Positions 1-6,803 of a stretch of DNA of 32,000 bases are shown in pieces. A program made the position numbers and the translations under genes. The notes below the pieces were generated by a model. It saw only the letters and a program-made list of their open reading frames with translations, ran no database searches and was not told the origin of the DNA. Positions within the stretch are counted from its first letter, which is position 1, and each line of letters begins with the position of its first letter. Source of the DNA: Methanothermobacter marburgensis str. Marburg (GTDB lineage Archaea > Methanobacteriota > Methanobacteria > Methanobacteriales > Methanothermobacteraceae); NCBI RefSeq assembly GCF_000145295.1, contig NC_014408.1, positions 510,001 to 542,000 of the forward strand. Direction: 5' to 3'.

Positions 1-437
1 GTGGGTTTTTTGATTTCAAAGCCCCTCTGGATGTCGTTGACGTACTCCATAACGTCAAGGGCCTCCAGGCAGCCCTGTTCACAGGCAGCCACACATGCAG
101 GTGTATCACCGGGGCTTTCCATGCACTGCTGGTCACACTTAACCATCCCATCATCTGTGTATGTTATTGCACCTATTGGGCACATGAGCATGCAGAGTTT
201 GCAGCCCACACATGACTCCTGGTCGATCTTCACTGCACCGTTTTCCCTCTGGATGGCATCCCTGAAGCATCCCCGTGCACATGACGGGTCAACACACTGC
301 TGGCATACGATTGCATGGTATCCCGTGTCCATCTTGTTGAGGAATATGGCACTTCTTCCAAGGACCTCCTCACAGGCCTCCACGCACTTGTTACACCCAT
401 CACATTTTTCAGGTTCTGTTAAGAGTATCTGCACCAT
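1..437 (-). CDS. 4Fe-4S dicluster (ferredoxin-type) domain. This is the N-terminal part of a protein that runs off the window edge, probably the ferredoxin-fused FMN subunit of the split archaeal glutamate-synthase-like enzyme.
   Basis: My reverse-strand translation from ATG at 437 reads MVQILLTEPEKCDGCNKCVEACEEVLGRSAIFLNKMDTGYHAIVCQQCVDPSCARGCFRDAIQREN... My hand translation is stop-free down to about position 241; the rest, down to position 1, was read only approximately. It contains CxxCxxCxxxC cluster motifs. An AGGTGG SD sits just upstream, 9 nt after the stop of the GXGXG gene. It is absent from the ORF track; the listed + ORF 1..441 is its antisense shadow. Confidence 0.75.
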   Translation of the reverse strand, partial: MVQILLTEPEKCDGCNKCVEACEEVLGRSAIFLNKMDTGYHAIVCQQCVDPSCARGCFRDAIQRENGAVKIDQESCVGCKLCMLMCPIGAITYTDDGMVKCDQQCMESPGDTPACVAACEQGCLEALDVMEYVNDIQRGFEIKKP

Positions 438-446
438 TTAAACCAC

Positions 447-1115
447 CTAACCGTAGAATGGACGTATCTCCTTGCGCTGTATTTTTTTGAATTCCTCTGG
501 AGAGGCGTCTATTGAGTATCTGCTGAAGAGTGATGATAGTTTGTTCAGATCATCCCTTTCAGGTTCCAGGACCTTTGCATTGGTTCCGGTTTCGAAGTCT
601 CCAGCAACGTATATGTTGCCGCCAATTATCCAGTCACCTATATCTTTACCGGTGTCCCCTGTTATTATGAGGTCTCCGCTCAGCATGTAGAGACCTGCAA
701 GGTCACCTATGTCCCCATCGATTATGATCACACCGCCCTTGTTGAGCTGCCCGATTCCGTCACCTGCGTCTCCATGGATCACTATTGTTCCGTTGTAGGT
801 TCCAAAACCCACACCATCGTCTGCATCTCCGTGGACGATTATCTCCCCTGCGGTCATGTTGTTGCCAACGTATCTCCCGGTTTTTCCATGAATCTCTATC
901 TTTGGTCCGTGGTTGAGTGCCCCAACGAAGTCACCGAACCTTCCACTGAGGATGAACTCTGCTTCCTCCCTTATCCCCACAACAATGGAGTCCAGTTCAG
1001 CGTTGCTCTCTATGCTGAATTTCTTTATGTTATCCCTCAGCCCTTCCTTTATCTTCCTGTTGATGTCCCTTGTTGAGAGATCATCACCTGCGATTTTCAT
1101 CTCCTGAACAGTCAT
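447..1115 (-). CDS. GXGXG-motif protein (glutamate synthase large-subunit C-terminal domain / FwdC-like beta-helix)
   Basis: 222-aa ORF with repeated Gly-rich turns (HGKTGRYVGNNMTAGEIIVHGDADDGVGFGTYNGTIVIHGDAGDGIGQLNKGGVIIIDGDIGDLAG), typical of GltB domain 3 / formylmethanofuran dehydrogenase subunit C. It is translationally coupled to the downstream ferredoxin-domain gene. Confidence 0.85.
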   Translation of the reverse strand: MTVQEMKIAGDDLSTRDINRKIKEGLRDNIKKFSIESNAELDSIVVGIREEAEFILSGRFGDFVGALNHGPKIEIHGKTGRYVGNNMTAGEIIVHGDADDGVGFGTYNGTIVIHGDAGDGIGQLNKGGVIIIDGDIGDLAGLYMLSGDLIITGDTGKDIGDWIIGGNIYVAGDFETGTNAKVLEPERDDLNKLSSLFSRYSIDASPEEFKKIQRKEIRPFYG

Positions 1116-1264
1116 CTAACATCCCCTGTTGTTTAATGTTCTTTGATGAACATTTTCCACATATCATAATTTAAGGATTCCCATTTCTGGAAATCAGACA
1201 TATACGATTATATATTATGATGAGATTAGTATCTATTATACTGAGATCTGTAAATGGTGATGGT

Positions 1265-1813
1265 ATGAAGACGCTTGTGAGTAACCTGCGGGGAAGGTGC
1301 CTCTTTGATGTGGCTGTGAAGGCCCAGATAGATGGGCTGATATCGGTACAGGCAGAGGACTTCAATGATACATGTCTCGAGAAATTCATAAAGGGAGGTA
1401 TTATTCGGGTTGAGGGGCGAAACCCCATTGAGGCCGCCAGAAAGATAGCAGAGGTCATAAGGGGTGCTAAAAAGCATGGGGAGGTCTATGTTGCATTCGA
1501 TGGAAGTGACCTTGGTGGCCTACTCTCATTTTTAGCCCACCGTGAGGGGGTGGATGGTATCTACACGTGCTTTGGGGATTCTGCGGTGCGTCTTCCCCCA
1601 CTGAAACTTGACATATCTGATACCAGGCTCAGGATACTCGAGGCCCTTGAGGAGGAAAGCCTCAACGCGGTTTTAATTGCAAGGAAGGTCGGCATTTCAA
1701 GGGCTATGGTCTACAAGCATCTCTCTGGTCTGATGGAAATGGGGCTTGTGGAGCAGTCCCAGATGTTTGATAGATACTCCATTACAGATGCAGGTAAACT
1801 CGTTATAATATAA
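1265..1813 (+). CDS. Transcriptional regulator with a C-terminal ArsR/MarR-like winged HTH and an uncharacterised N-terminal domain
   Basis: Same frame as ORF track 1217..1813. The wHTH segment is LRILEALEEESLNAVLIARKVGISRAMVYKHLSGLMEMGLVEQ. I place the start at ATG 1265 (GGTGATGG SD 5 nt upstream) because a TATA-like ATTATATATT at 1207-1216 abuts the ATG at 1217. Confidence 0.75.
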   Translation: MKTLVSNLRGRCLFDVAVKAQIDGLISVQAEDFNDTCLEKFIKGGIIRVEGRNPIEAARKIAEVIRGAKKHGEVYVAFDGSDLGGLLSFLAHREGVDGIYTCFGDSAVRLPPLKLDISDTRLRILEALEEESLNAVLIARKVGISRAMVYKHLSGLMEMGLVEQSQMFDRYSITDAGKLVII

Positions 1814-1917
1814 TGAAGTTTAAGGTACGGGTTTACAAAAAAGGAGTTGGTTTGCGAATCAACTTACAAAAAAAAGGAGGTTTGATTTGAAGTTTGCGGT
1901 TATTACCAGAAAAATGT

Positions 1918-2151
1918 TTATTCCATTGGGTATCCAACCCTGAGCCTGTAGGATGCCTTTTCACTTATAAGCACAGTACCCGGCACAAAGAAGTCATCGA
2001 ATTCAGCAACCTTCTGCTTCATACAGGGCTTCAACTCATCCTTGCTGGCATAGGAAGCACATTCATCACTCTCCAGTATACCCTTCCTGACAAGTTCAAT
2101 GTACCTCATCTTCAGAGTTTCATCATCAAGAACGCTCATCATAATCACCAA
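1918..2151 (-). CDS. Hypothetical small protein (73-77 aa), no family recognised
   Basis: Its ORF reads more plausibly than the overlapping + ORF 1894..2259, which is low-complexity and hydrophobic/aromatic. A likely start is the internal MSVLDD. It lies in an A+T-rich stretch. Confidence 0.45.
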   Translation of the reverse strand: MVIMMSVLDDETLKMRYIELVRKGILESDECASYASKDELKPCMKQKVAEFDDFFVPGTVLISEKASYRLRVGYPME

Positions 2152-2299
2152 TATCTACTATATTCCAGCAATATATATATTTTTTGCAGTGCAATCTCTA
2201 TGGGGTATAAGTATTTATACTACATCGGACAATACTATATACAATGTTCAGAAAAATAAATTTCTGGCATCATGATAAAAAAGAGTTAAGGGGCCTGAA

Positions 2300-2680
2300 A
2301 TGATCAAAAGACCTTTAAATTACAGTAAAAACGAGGAGAAATATTCCATAATGTTAAAAACGGTTGTTGAACACCTCAGAGATCAGGGATACGATTTAAA
2401 GGTGAATAACGGTAAAAAGAAACTCAGACCACGTATGCTGAAAGGGTTCCTGCCTGATGTCCATGCCCTTAATGGCTCCGATGAAATTGTAGTTGAGATA
2501 AGCACCGATAATAGTGATATAAGAAAATGGAGAAGATTTGCATACACCGATGGCATCAGGTTCTGGATAGTTGCACCCTACCCAATCGCAGATTCTGTGA
2601 AAACCTGTGTTGAGACATTTTCAATACCTGCAGAGGTTTACGCATGTAACGGTACCATGGAACTCAAGCGTGTACTGTAA
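2300..2680 (+). CDS. Hypothetical protein, possibly a PD-(D/E)xK-like nuclease fold (weak)
   Basis: 126-aa ORF preceded by AAGGGGC SD-like sequence. The segment FLPDVHALNGSDEIVVEIST resembles a PD...(D/E)x(K) core but lacks the Lys. Codon usage is A/T-rich relative to its neighbours. A T6 run follows the stop. Confidence 0.6.
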   Translation: MIKRPLNYSKNEEKYSIMLKTVVEHLRDQGYDLKVNNGKKKLRPRMLKGFLPDVHALNGSDEIVVEISTDNSDIRKWRRFAYTDGIRFWIVAPYPIADSVKTCVETFSIPAEVYACNGTMELKRVL

Positions 2681-2760
2681 ATTTTTTATTAATAGGGGTA
2701 GTCATCATAAAAAGTTAAGCTTCACCATAAATTTTTTTATTAATTCACACGCTATCTCAC

Positions 2761-2775
2761 AAAAGGTTTATATGG
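2761..2775 (+). promoter_or_regulatory. Archaeal BRE/TATA-like promoter element for the secreted PLC-like gene
   Basis: AAAAGGTTTATATGG resembles the methanogen promoter consensus (purine-rich BRE plus TTTATATA). It lies about 55 nt upstream of ATG 2826, leaving room for a ~30-nt leader carrying GTGAGG SD at 2815-2820. Confidence 0.5.
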
Positions 2776-2825
2776 TGAGAACCTAATTATTTCTATAAAA
2801 ATTCTCTGATTACTGTGAGGTTGAG

Positions 2826-3392
2826 ATGAGGTCTATTTTTATAGCCGCGCTCCTGATTCTTGTGGCATCACAGATTCCGGGGGCATCGGCCTGGTCTGTA
2901 AAGAATCACCATGATATTGCAGAGAGGGTCTATCATGCAATGCCCTCTGATGTTCAAACCCGCCTGAGCCTTGATGAGATGAAGAATGGGGCAGACGACC
3001 CTGACACGGTTTTCTTTGATTTTGAATATCATGTATACCCATATAACCTTGAAAAGGCCAGGTTCTGGTTAGATCAGGGAAAAATCAGCTATGATTCAGG
3101 TAACTACAGTTATGCCAGCTACTGCTATGGTGTTGCAAGCCACTATATCTCTGATGGAATCTGCGGTCCACACACATCCTCTGGATCCAGCGGGTACCTC
3201 CACACCGTCTATGAGATACGTGCAATGATGCTTGAACCTGTAATGGTTCCTGTCCCTGATGACCCTGAAATGGAGGCAATGAAACTCTGGGGTTCATGGG
3301 TTTCTGAGGGTGACGACTCATGCATATCTGGGGCACTTGACCTGGCATGCAGTGTATCCTGTAGGGAGATCATGAACTCAATAGGGTCCTGA
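2826..3392 (+). CDS. Secreted zinc-dependent phospholipase C / S1-P1 nuclease-fold protein
   Basis: N-terminal signal peptide MRSIFIAALLILVASQIPGASA, followed by W-S-x-x-x-H-H. A mature N-terminal Trp is a zinc ligand in PLC and P1 nuclease. GADDPD and GVASHYISDGICGPH resemble the Zn_dep_PLPC motifs. Confidence 0.7.
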   Translation: MRSIFIAALLILVASQIPGASAWSVKNHHDIAERVYHAMPSDVQTRLSLDEMKNGADDPDTVFFDFEYHVYPYNLEKARFWLDQGKISYDSGNYSYASYCYGVASHYISDGICGPHTSSGSSGYLHTVYEIRAMMLEPVMVPVPDDPEMEAMKLWGSWVSEGDDSCISGALDLACSVSCREIMNSIGS

Positions 3393-3450
3393 TACTGTTT
3401 TTTCTCAAATTTTGAGATTGTAGTGGTATATGGGTCTTTATAAAGTGGGT

Positions 3451-3927
3451 TTAGCCAAATGTTGAGGCTATCCAGTCACCTGTGTAGTGTGTTATCACTA
3501 TAATCAGGATTGCCACCATGAGATGCTCACCAAGCACCCTCCAGAGGGGCGCATTCTGTGACCTTGCAATATGTACACTCAGGATACCCAGAAGTAGAAG
3601 GCCCCAGATGACTGACACTGCGATCGCAACTGTCAGGTCCAGTAAAAGAACAGGTAAGAGGAATGTGATGGCAAAGACGAATTTGCTCATGAAGGTTGCA
3701 ATGGTGGACTCCCACACCTCAACTTCGCTGTGCCGGTTTTCGGACTCCTCGGCGATGTGTATGCCCATGGCATCAGAGAAGGCGTCGGCTATTGCTATTG
3801 TGAGCACACCTCCAATCACCGCAAGCCTTGAATGGGTACCTGAATGGAGTCCCACCATAAGGCCAAGGGTGGTTATTATGGCCGATGTAAGACCGAAGCT
3901 GAAGCCGGTCTTTAATGAGTGTCTCAT
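3451..3927 (-). CDS. Small integral membrane protein, VIT1/CCC1-like (DUF125) family suspected
   Basis: 158 aa with 4-5 hydrophobic helices and an acidic loop (HIAEESENRHSEVEVWE). It starts 13 nt after the radical SAM gene on the same strand. The family assignment comes from motif memory only. Confidence 0.7.
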   Translation of the reverse strand: MRHSLKTGFSFGLTSAIITTLGLMVGLHSGTHSRLAVIGGVLTIAIADAFSDAMGIHIAEESENRHSEVEVWESTIATFMSKFVFAITFLLPVLLLDLTVAIAVSVIWGLLLLGILSVHIARSQNAPLWRVLGEHLMVAILIIVITHYTGDWIASTFG

Positions 3928-3940
3928 AGTTATAACTTTA

Positions 3941-5068
3941 TTATTTCATCATTATATCCAGCACGCCAGGTTTTGATTTCTTCTTCTGCCCTCCAAGGAT
4001 TCCAGATTCAAGAAACTCCCTGTTGGCCCTCCTGTTGATTTCAGTGAAGATCATCCTGTAGGCCTGGCACTGATGGTCGACGCCATCTATCCTCCGCACT
4101 CCATTTTCGACTGTTATGGCATTGTATGGGCAGCCACCGAGGCAGTATCTGTAGAATTCACAGTCACCGCATTCATCATCAACCATTTTTCTCCAGTCAT
4201 AGAGGGACCGGAGGGCATCACTTTCATTGAGATCCTCCATGCTGGGCCTGTCAGATACGTTACCCATTATGTAATCCTTCATGCCAACGAAGCGATAACA
4301 GGGGTATATGTCCCCGTAGGGGTCAACTGCAAAGGTATTCCCCACACAGTCCGCGTGTGTGCACACAACACCCCTGCGGAGGAACGCGCTCTTTGCAAAG
4401 TGGTCAATGTTCTGTATTTCGATTTCACCAAAGTGCTCAAGGTACCTCTCAAGGAGGTAGAGGAGGAGATCCCCGTACTCCTCTGCGGTTATGGCCCACT
4501 CCTCAGGGTCGGGGCTCTTGAGGGATGGGAGAGCCGGGTGGAGCTTCATGTTCATCTTATTCTCAAGGAAAAACTCGAATATATCCTCCTTTCTCCTTAT
4601 GGAGTAGGAGGTGAATGTGCTTATGAAGCTCACCTTCAGACCGTGCCTCCTGGCTATCTCATAGCCCTTCATGGTTTTATCGAAGTAACCATCACCCCTC
4701 TGGTGATCATTTATTTCTCGGGGACCATCAAGGCTTGAGCCGATGGGTATGCTGTACTCTGCAAAGAGTTCTGCCAGTTCGTCGGTCATGAGCCATAGAT
4801 TTGTCTGGATGGCAAATGCGGGCTTTAGAAAATCGAGTTCAGTGGATATCAGCTGCAGGGTTTTCCTGTAAAATTCGTAACCTGCAAGGAGAGGTTCTCC
4901 CCCATGGAAGGTGAAGGTGGCGGGTTCTTTTCTGAAATCCCTCAGCCATGAAACCATTTCCCTCACTGTTTCAGTGTCCATCACCTTTGAGTCCCGGTCA
5001 ACACCCCAGCAGTAGCTGCAGTCGGAGGGACAGTTCATTGAGGGGATGATCATAACATGGAATGCCAT
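3941..5068 (-). CDS. Radical SAM enzyme with C-terminal SPASM domain (anSME-like / peptide-modifying type)
   Basis: N-terminal CPSDCSYC (CX3CX2C) and HGGEPLL. The C-terminal part has CVGNTFAVDPYGDIYPC (CX10GX4C), CGDCEFYRYCLGGC (CX2CX5CX3C) and a later Cys, which is the full 7-Cys SPASM signature. GGTGATGG SD overlaps the stop of the upstream sORF. Confidence 0.9.
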   Translation of the reverse strand: MAFHVMIIPSMNCPSDCSYCWGVDRDSKVMDTETVREMVSWLRDFRKEPATFTFHGGEPLLAGYEFYRKTLQLISTELDFLKPAFAIQTNLWLMTDELAELFAEYSIPIGSSLDGPREINDHQRGDGYFDKTMKGYEIARRHGLKVSFISTFTSYSIRRKEDIFEFFLENKMNMKLHPALPSLKSPDPEEWAITAEEYGDLLLYLLERYLEHFGEIEIQNIDHFAKSAFLRRGVVCTHADCVGNTFAVDPYGDIYPCYRFVGMKDYIMGNVSDRPSMEDLNESDALRSLYDWRKMVDDECGDCEFYRYCLGGCPYNAITVENGVRRIDGVDHQCQAYRMIFTEINRRANREFLESGILGGQKKKSKPGVLDIMMK

Positions 5069-5076
5069 TCCATCAC

Positions 5077-5229
5077 CTAATCAGCGGTTTCAAATACATG
5101 GCCACACTTTTCACAGACGATTTCCTTCAGGGACGTCCTTGACTTGTGCTCATCCATGAATTTTCTCTTAACAACCTTGTCCCTGCAGCCGCACACAGGG
5201 CACTCCTTCAGAAACTCTTCCATCTTCAT
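5077..5229 (-). CDS. Unannotated 50-aa zinc-ribbon-like sORF (sORF-B)
   Basis: Hand translation: MKMEEFLKECPVCGCRDKVVKRKFMDEHKSRTSLKEIVCEKCGHVFETAD. It has CxxC...CxxC knuckles. GAGGT SD lies 6 nt upstream, the gene starts 2 nt after sORF-A, and its stop is 8 nt before the rSAM start. It resembles the 74-aa protein at 9871..10095 (CPxCGxxDK ... CxKCGxVFE). It is below the ORF-track length cutoff. Confidence 0.6.
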   Translation of the reverse strand: MKMEEFLKECPVCGCRDKVVKRKFMDEHKSRTSLKEIVCEKCGHVFETAD

Positions 5230-5231
5230 GT

Positions 5232-5384
5232 TCAGACCTCTATTATCTCTTCCACCACATATTTACCGCCACAGGGACACTCCTCTATTCTATCTCCAAT
5301 GGGGTAGGGTGGTGTTTTACCTTCAACTTCAAGGGTTCTCTTAGCCCTGCAGAGGTCACAGTAAGCTTCGACTATCCACATCAT
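5232..5384 (-). CDS. Unannotated 50-aa Cys-knuckle sORF (sORF-A)
   Basis: Hand translation: MMWIVEAYCDLCRAKRTLEVEGKTPPYPIGDRIEECPCGGKYVVEEIIEV. It has CxxC...CxC. It is exactly the same length as sORF-B and is the first gene of the operon. A TATA-like box about 26 nt upstream is compatible with a leaderless transcript. Confidence 0.5.
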   Translation of the reverse strand: MMWIVEAYCDLCRAKRTLEVEGKTPPYPIGDRIEECPCGGKYVVEEIIEV

Positions 5385-5392
5385 GTAACCTA

Positions 5393-5414
5393 GATATATA
5401 TGGTCTGATATATA
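5393..5414. promoter_or_regulatory. Back-to-back TATA-like boxes in the 51-bp divergent intergenic region
   Basis: GATATATA occurs twice (5393-5400 and 5407-5414), between the sORF-A start (5384, minus) and the SOUL gene start (TTG 5436, plus; GGGGG SD at 5423-5427). Confidence 0.45.
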
Positions 5415-5435
5415 AGTTGTAAGGGGGTTGTTTTT

Positions 5436-5990
5436 TTGACTGAGAGTCCAGATTATGAGGTTGAACTGGAAGACGGTGACTTTGAGATAAGGTGCTATCC
5501 CGGGTACATACTGGCACAGGTGGATGTTGAGGGGAACTTCAGGGATGCGATGCTTAGGGGATTTTCCATCCTTGCAGACTACATATTCGGGAATAACAGG
5601 CGCAGGGAGGAGATTCCAATGACATCCCCAGTAACTGGAGTCAGGCTGGGGGAGAAGATACCAATGGCAGCACCGGTTACAGAGGAGAAACTTGATGATG
5701 GGGGAGTCTACAGGATATCTTTTACCATGCCATCATCCTACACCCTTGAAACACTTCCAGAGCCCAATGACACACGTATAAGGTTCAGGGCTGAGAAGAA
5801 TCAGAGGTTTGCGGTCTATAAATTTTCAGGAAGGGTAAATGAGAGAATGGTGGAGGAAAGAACTGGTGAATTCAGGGAGTGGCTCAGAGAAAATTCCATA
5901 AAACCCAGGTCCAGCTTCATAGTTGCCCAGTATAACCATCCTGCAGTCCCCGGTTTCCTGAGAAGGAATGAGATCCTTGTGAAGATATAA
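5436..5990 (+). CDS. SOUL/HBP-family (heme/tetrapyrrole-binding protein-like) protein
   Basis: 184 aa with a TTG start. YEVELEDGDFEIRCYPGYILAQVDVEGNFRDAMLRGFSILADYIFGNN... and MTSPV / MAAPV match the SOUL heme-binding family pattern. Confidence 0.85.
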   Translation: MTESPDYEVELEDGDFEIRCYPGYILAQVDVEGNFRDAMLRGFSILADYIFGNNRRREEIPMTSPVTGVRLGEKIPMAAPVTEEKLDDGGVYRISFTMPSSYTLETLPEPNDTRIRFRAEKNQRFAVYKFSGRVNERMVEERTGEFREWLRENSIKPRSSFIVAQYNHPAVPGFLRRNEILVKI

Positions 5991-6006
5991 GTGTGGGGGG
6001 ATTCTG

Positions 6007-6750
6007 ATGAATGAGATTGAAAGGAACCGTTACTTCCTGAAGGACAGTATAAGGAAGAGGATAGATTTTTCAAAAACACCCCAGAGCATGGGTGTGGCTG
6101 CACCACCATTCGAGAAGCCATGGCCAGAGGATGCTGAAATGATTGACCTCCCGGTACTTGACTGGGCTGAAATGGTGGACGTGAATATTGTAAGCTGCAT
6201 AAGAAACCGTAAGAGCCGCAGGAGTTACACTGACAGGCCCCTGAAACTTGAGGAACTCTCTTTTCTTCTCTGGGCCACCCAGGGGATAAGGATGGTTGCA
6301 GGTTACAGTGCCTTCCGCACAGTCCCATCAGCCGGCTGCAGGCACACCTTTGAAACTTACCTTGCGGTATTCAATGTGGAGGGCCTCGAGGAGGGCCTCT
6401 ACAGGTACATACCATCGGTGCACCGGTTGCTGGTTGAGTACCTTGACGATAACCTCTCCCAGAGGATAGTGGAGGCATCCTTCCACCAGCGCTTCACAGG
6501 AGAATCCGCTGTGACATTCATCTGGACCACGATACCATACAGGATGGAGTGGAGGTATGGTCTTGCAGCCCACAGGGTGATCCTCATTGACGCAGGACAT
6601 GTCTGCCAGAACCTCTACCTTGCCTGTGAGGCCATAGGTGCGGGTACATGTGCGGTCGCAGCCTATGACCAGGAGTACCTTGATGAGGTGCTGGGGGTTG
6701 ATGGTGTGGATGAATTCACCATTTACATGGCGCCGGTTGGAAAGGTTTAA
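6007..6750 (+). CDS. SagB-type dehydrogenase domain protein (nitroreductase superfamily)
   Basis: RKSRRSYTDRPLKLEELSFLLWATQGI, FRTVPSAGCRHTFETYLAVFNVEGLEEGLYRYIPSVHRL and a C-terminal nitroreductase core. It starts 16 nt after the SOUL gene. Confidence 0.85.
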   Translation: MNEIERNRYFLKDSIRKRIDFSKTPQSMGVAAPPFEKPWPEDAEMIDLPVLDWAEMVDVNIVSCIRNRKSRRSYTDRPLKLEELSFLLWATQGIRMVAGYSAFRTVPSAGCRHTFETYLAVFNVEGLEEGLYRYIPSVHRLLVEYLDDNLSQRIVEASFHQRFTGESAVTFIWTTIPYRMEWRYGLAAHRVILIDAGHVCQNLYLACEAIGAGTCAVAAYDQEYLDEVLGVDGVDEFTIYMAPVGKV

Positions 6751-6803
6751 GAAAAAAATTGAAGTGTGGTGTTACCTTCACCTTATGAGGAGCCACTAAA
6801 AAA

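Noticed and set aside
1-441. The + strand ORF of 146 aa listed in the ORF track
   Set aside because: It has a GTG start and a Ser/His/Pro/Trp-rich composition with no motifs. The opposite strand encodes a clean 4Fe-4S dicluster protein with an SD and operon context, so the + ORF is an antisense shadow.
1833-1884. Direct repeat TTACAAAAAA(AA)GGAG (period 31) with a GGAGGT SD-like sequence
   Set aside because: It lies between convergent gene ends. It is most simply oligo-A/oligo-T termination sequence for the two strands, and only tiny ORFs follow the SD-like motif.
4073-4738. 221-aa + strand ORF inside the radical SAM gene
   Set aside because: It is antisense to a gene with unmistakable rSAM/SPASM motifs, and it has no start context or recognisable motifs.
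5816-6328. 170-aa minus-strand ORF spanning the SOUL/SagB junction (similarly 7158..7727 +, 26110..26529 -, 19735..20169 -)
   Set aside because: It crosses an intergenic gap between two well-supported + genes, and its composition is atypical. The others are likewise antisense to strongly supported genes.
6007-6750. SagB-type dehydrogenase as evidence for a thiazole/oxazole (TOMM) RiPP cluster
   Set aside because: No YcaO cyclodehydratase, E1-like partner or obvious Cys/Ser/Thr-rich precursor is adjacent. Stand-alone SagB-type nitroreductases are common in archaea. I keep it only as context for the rSAM operon.
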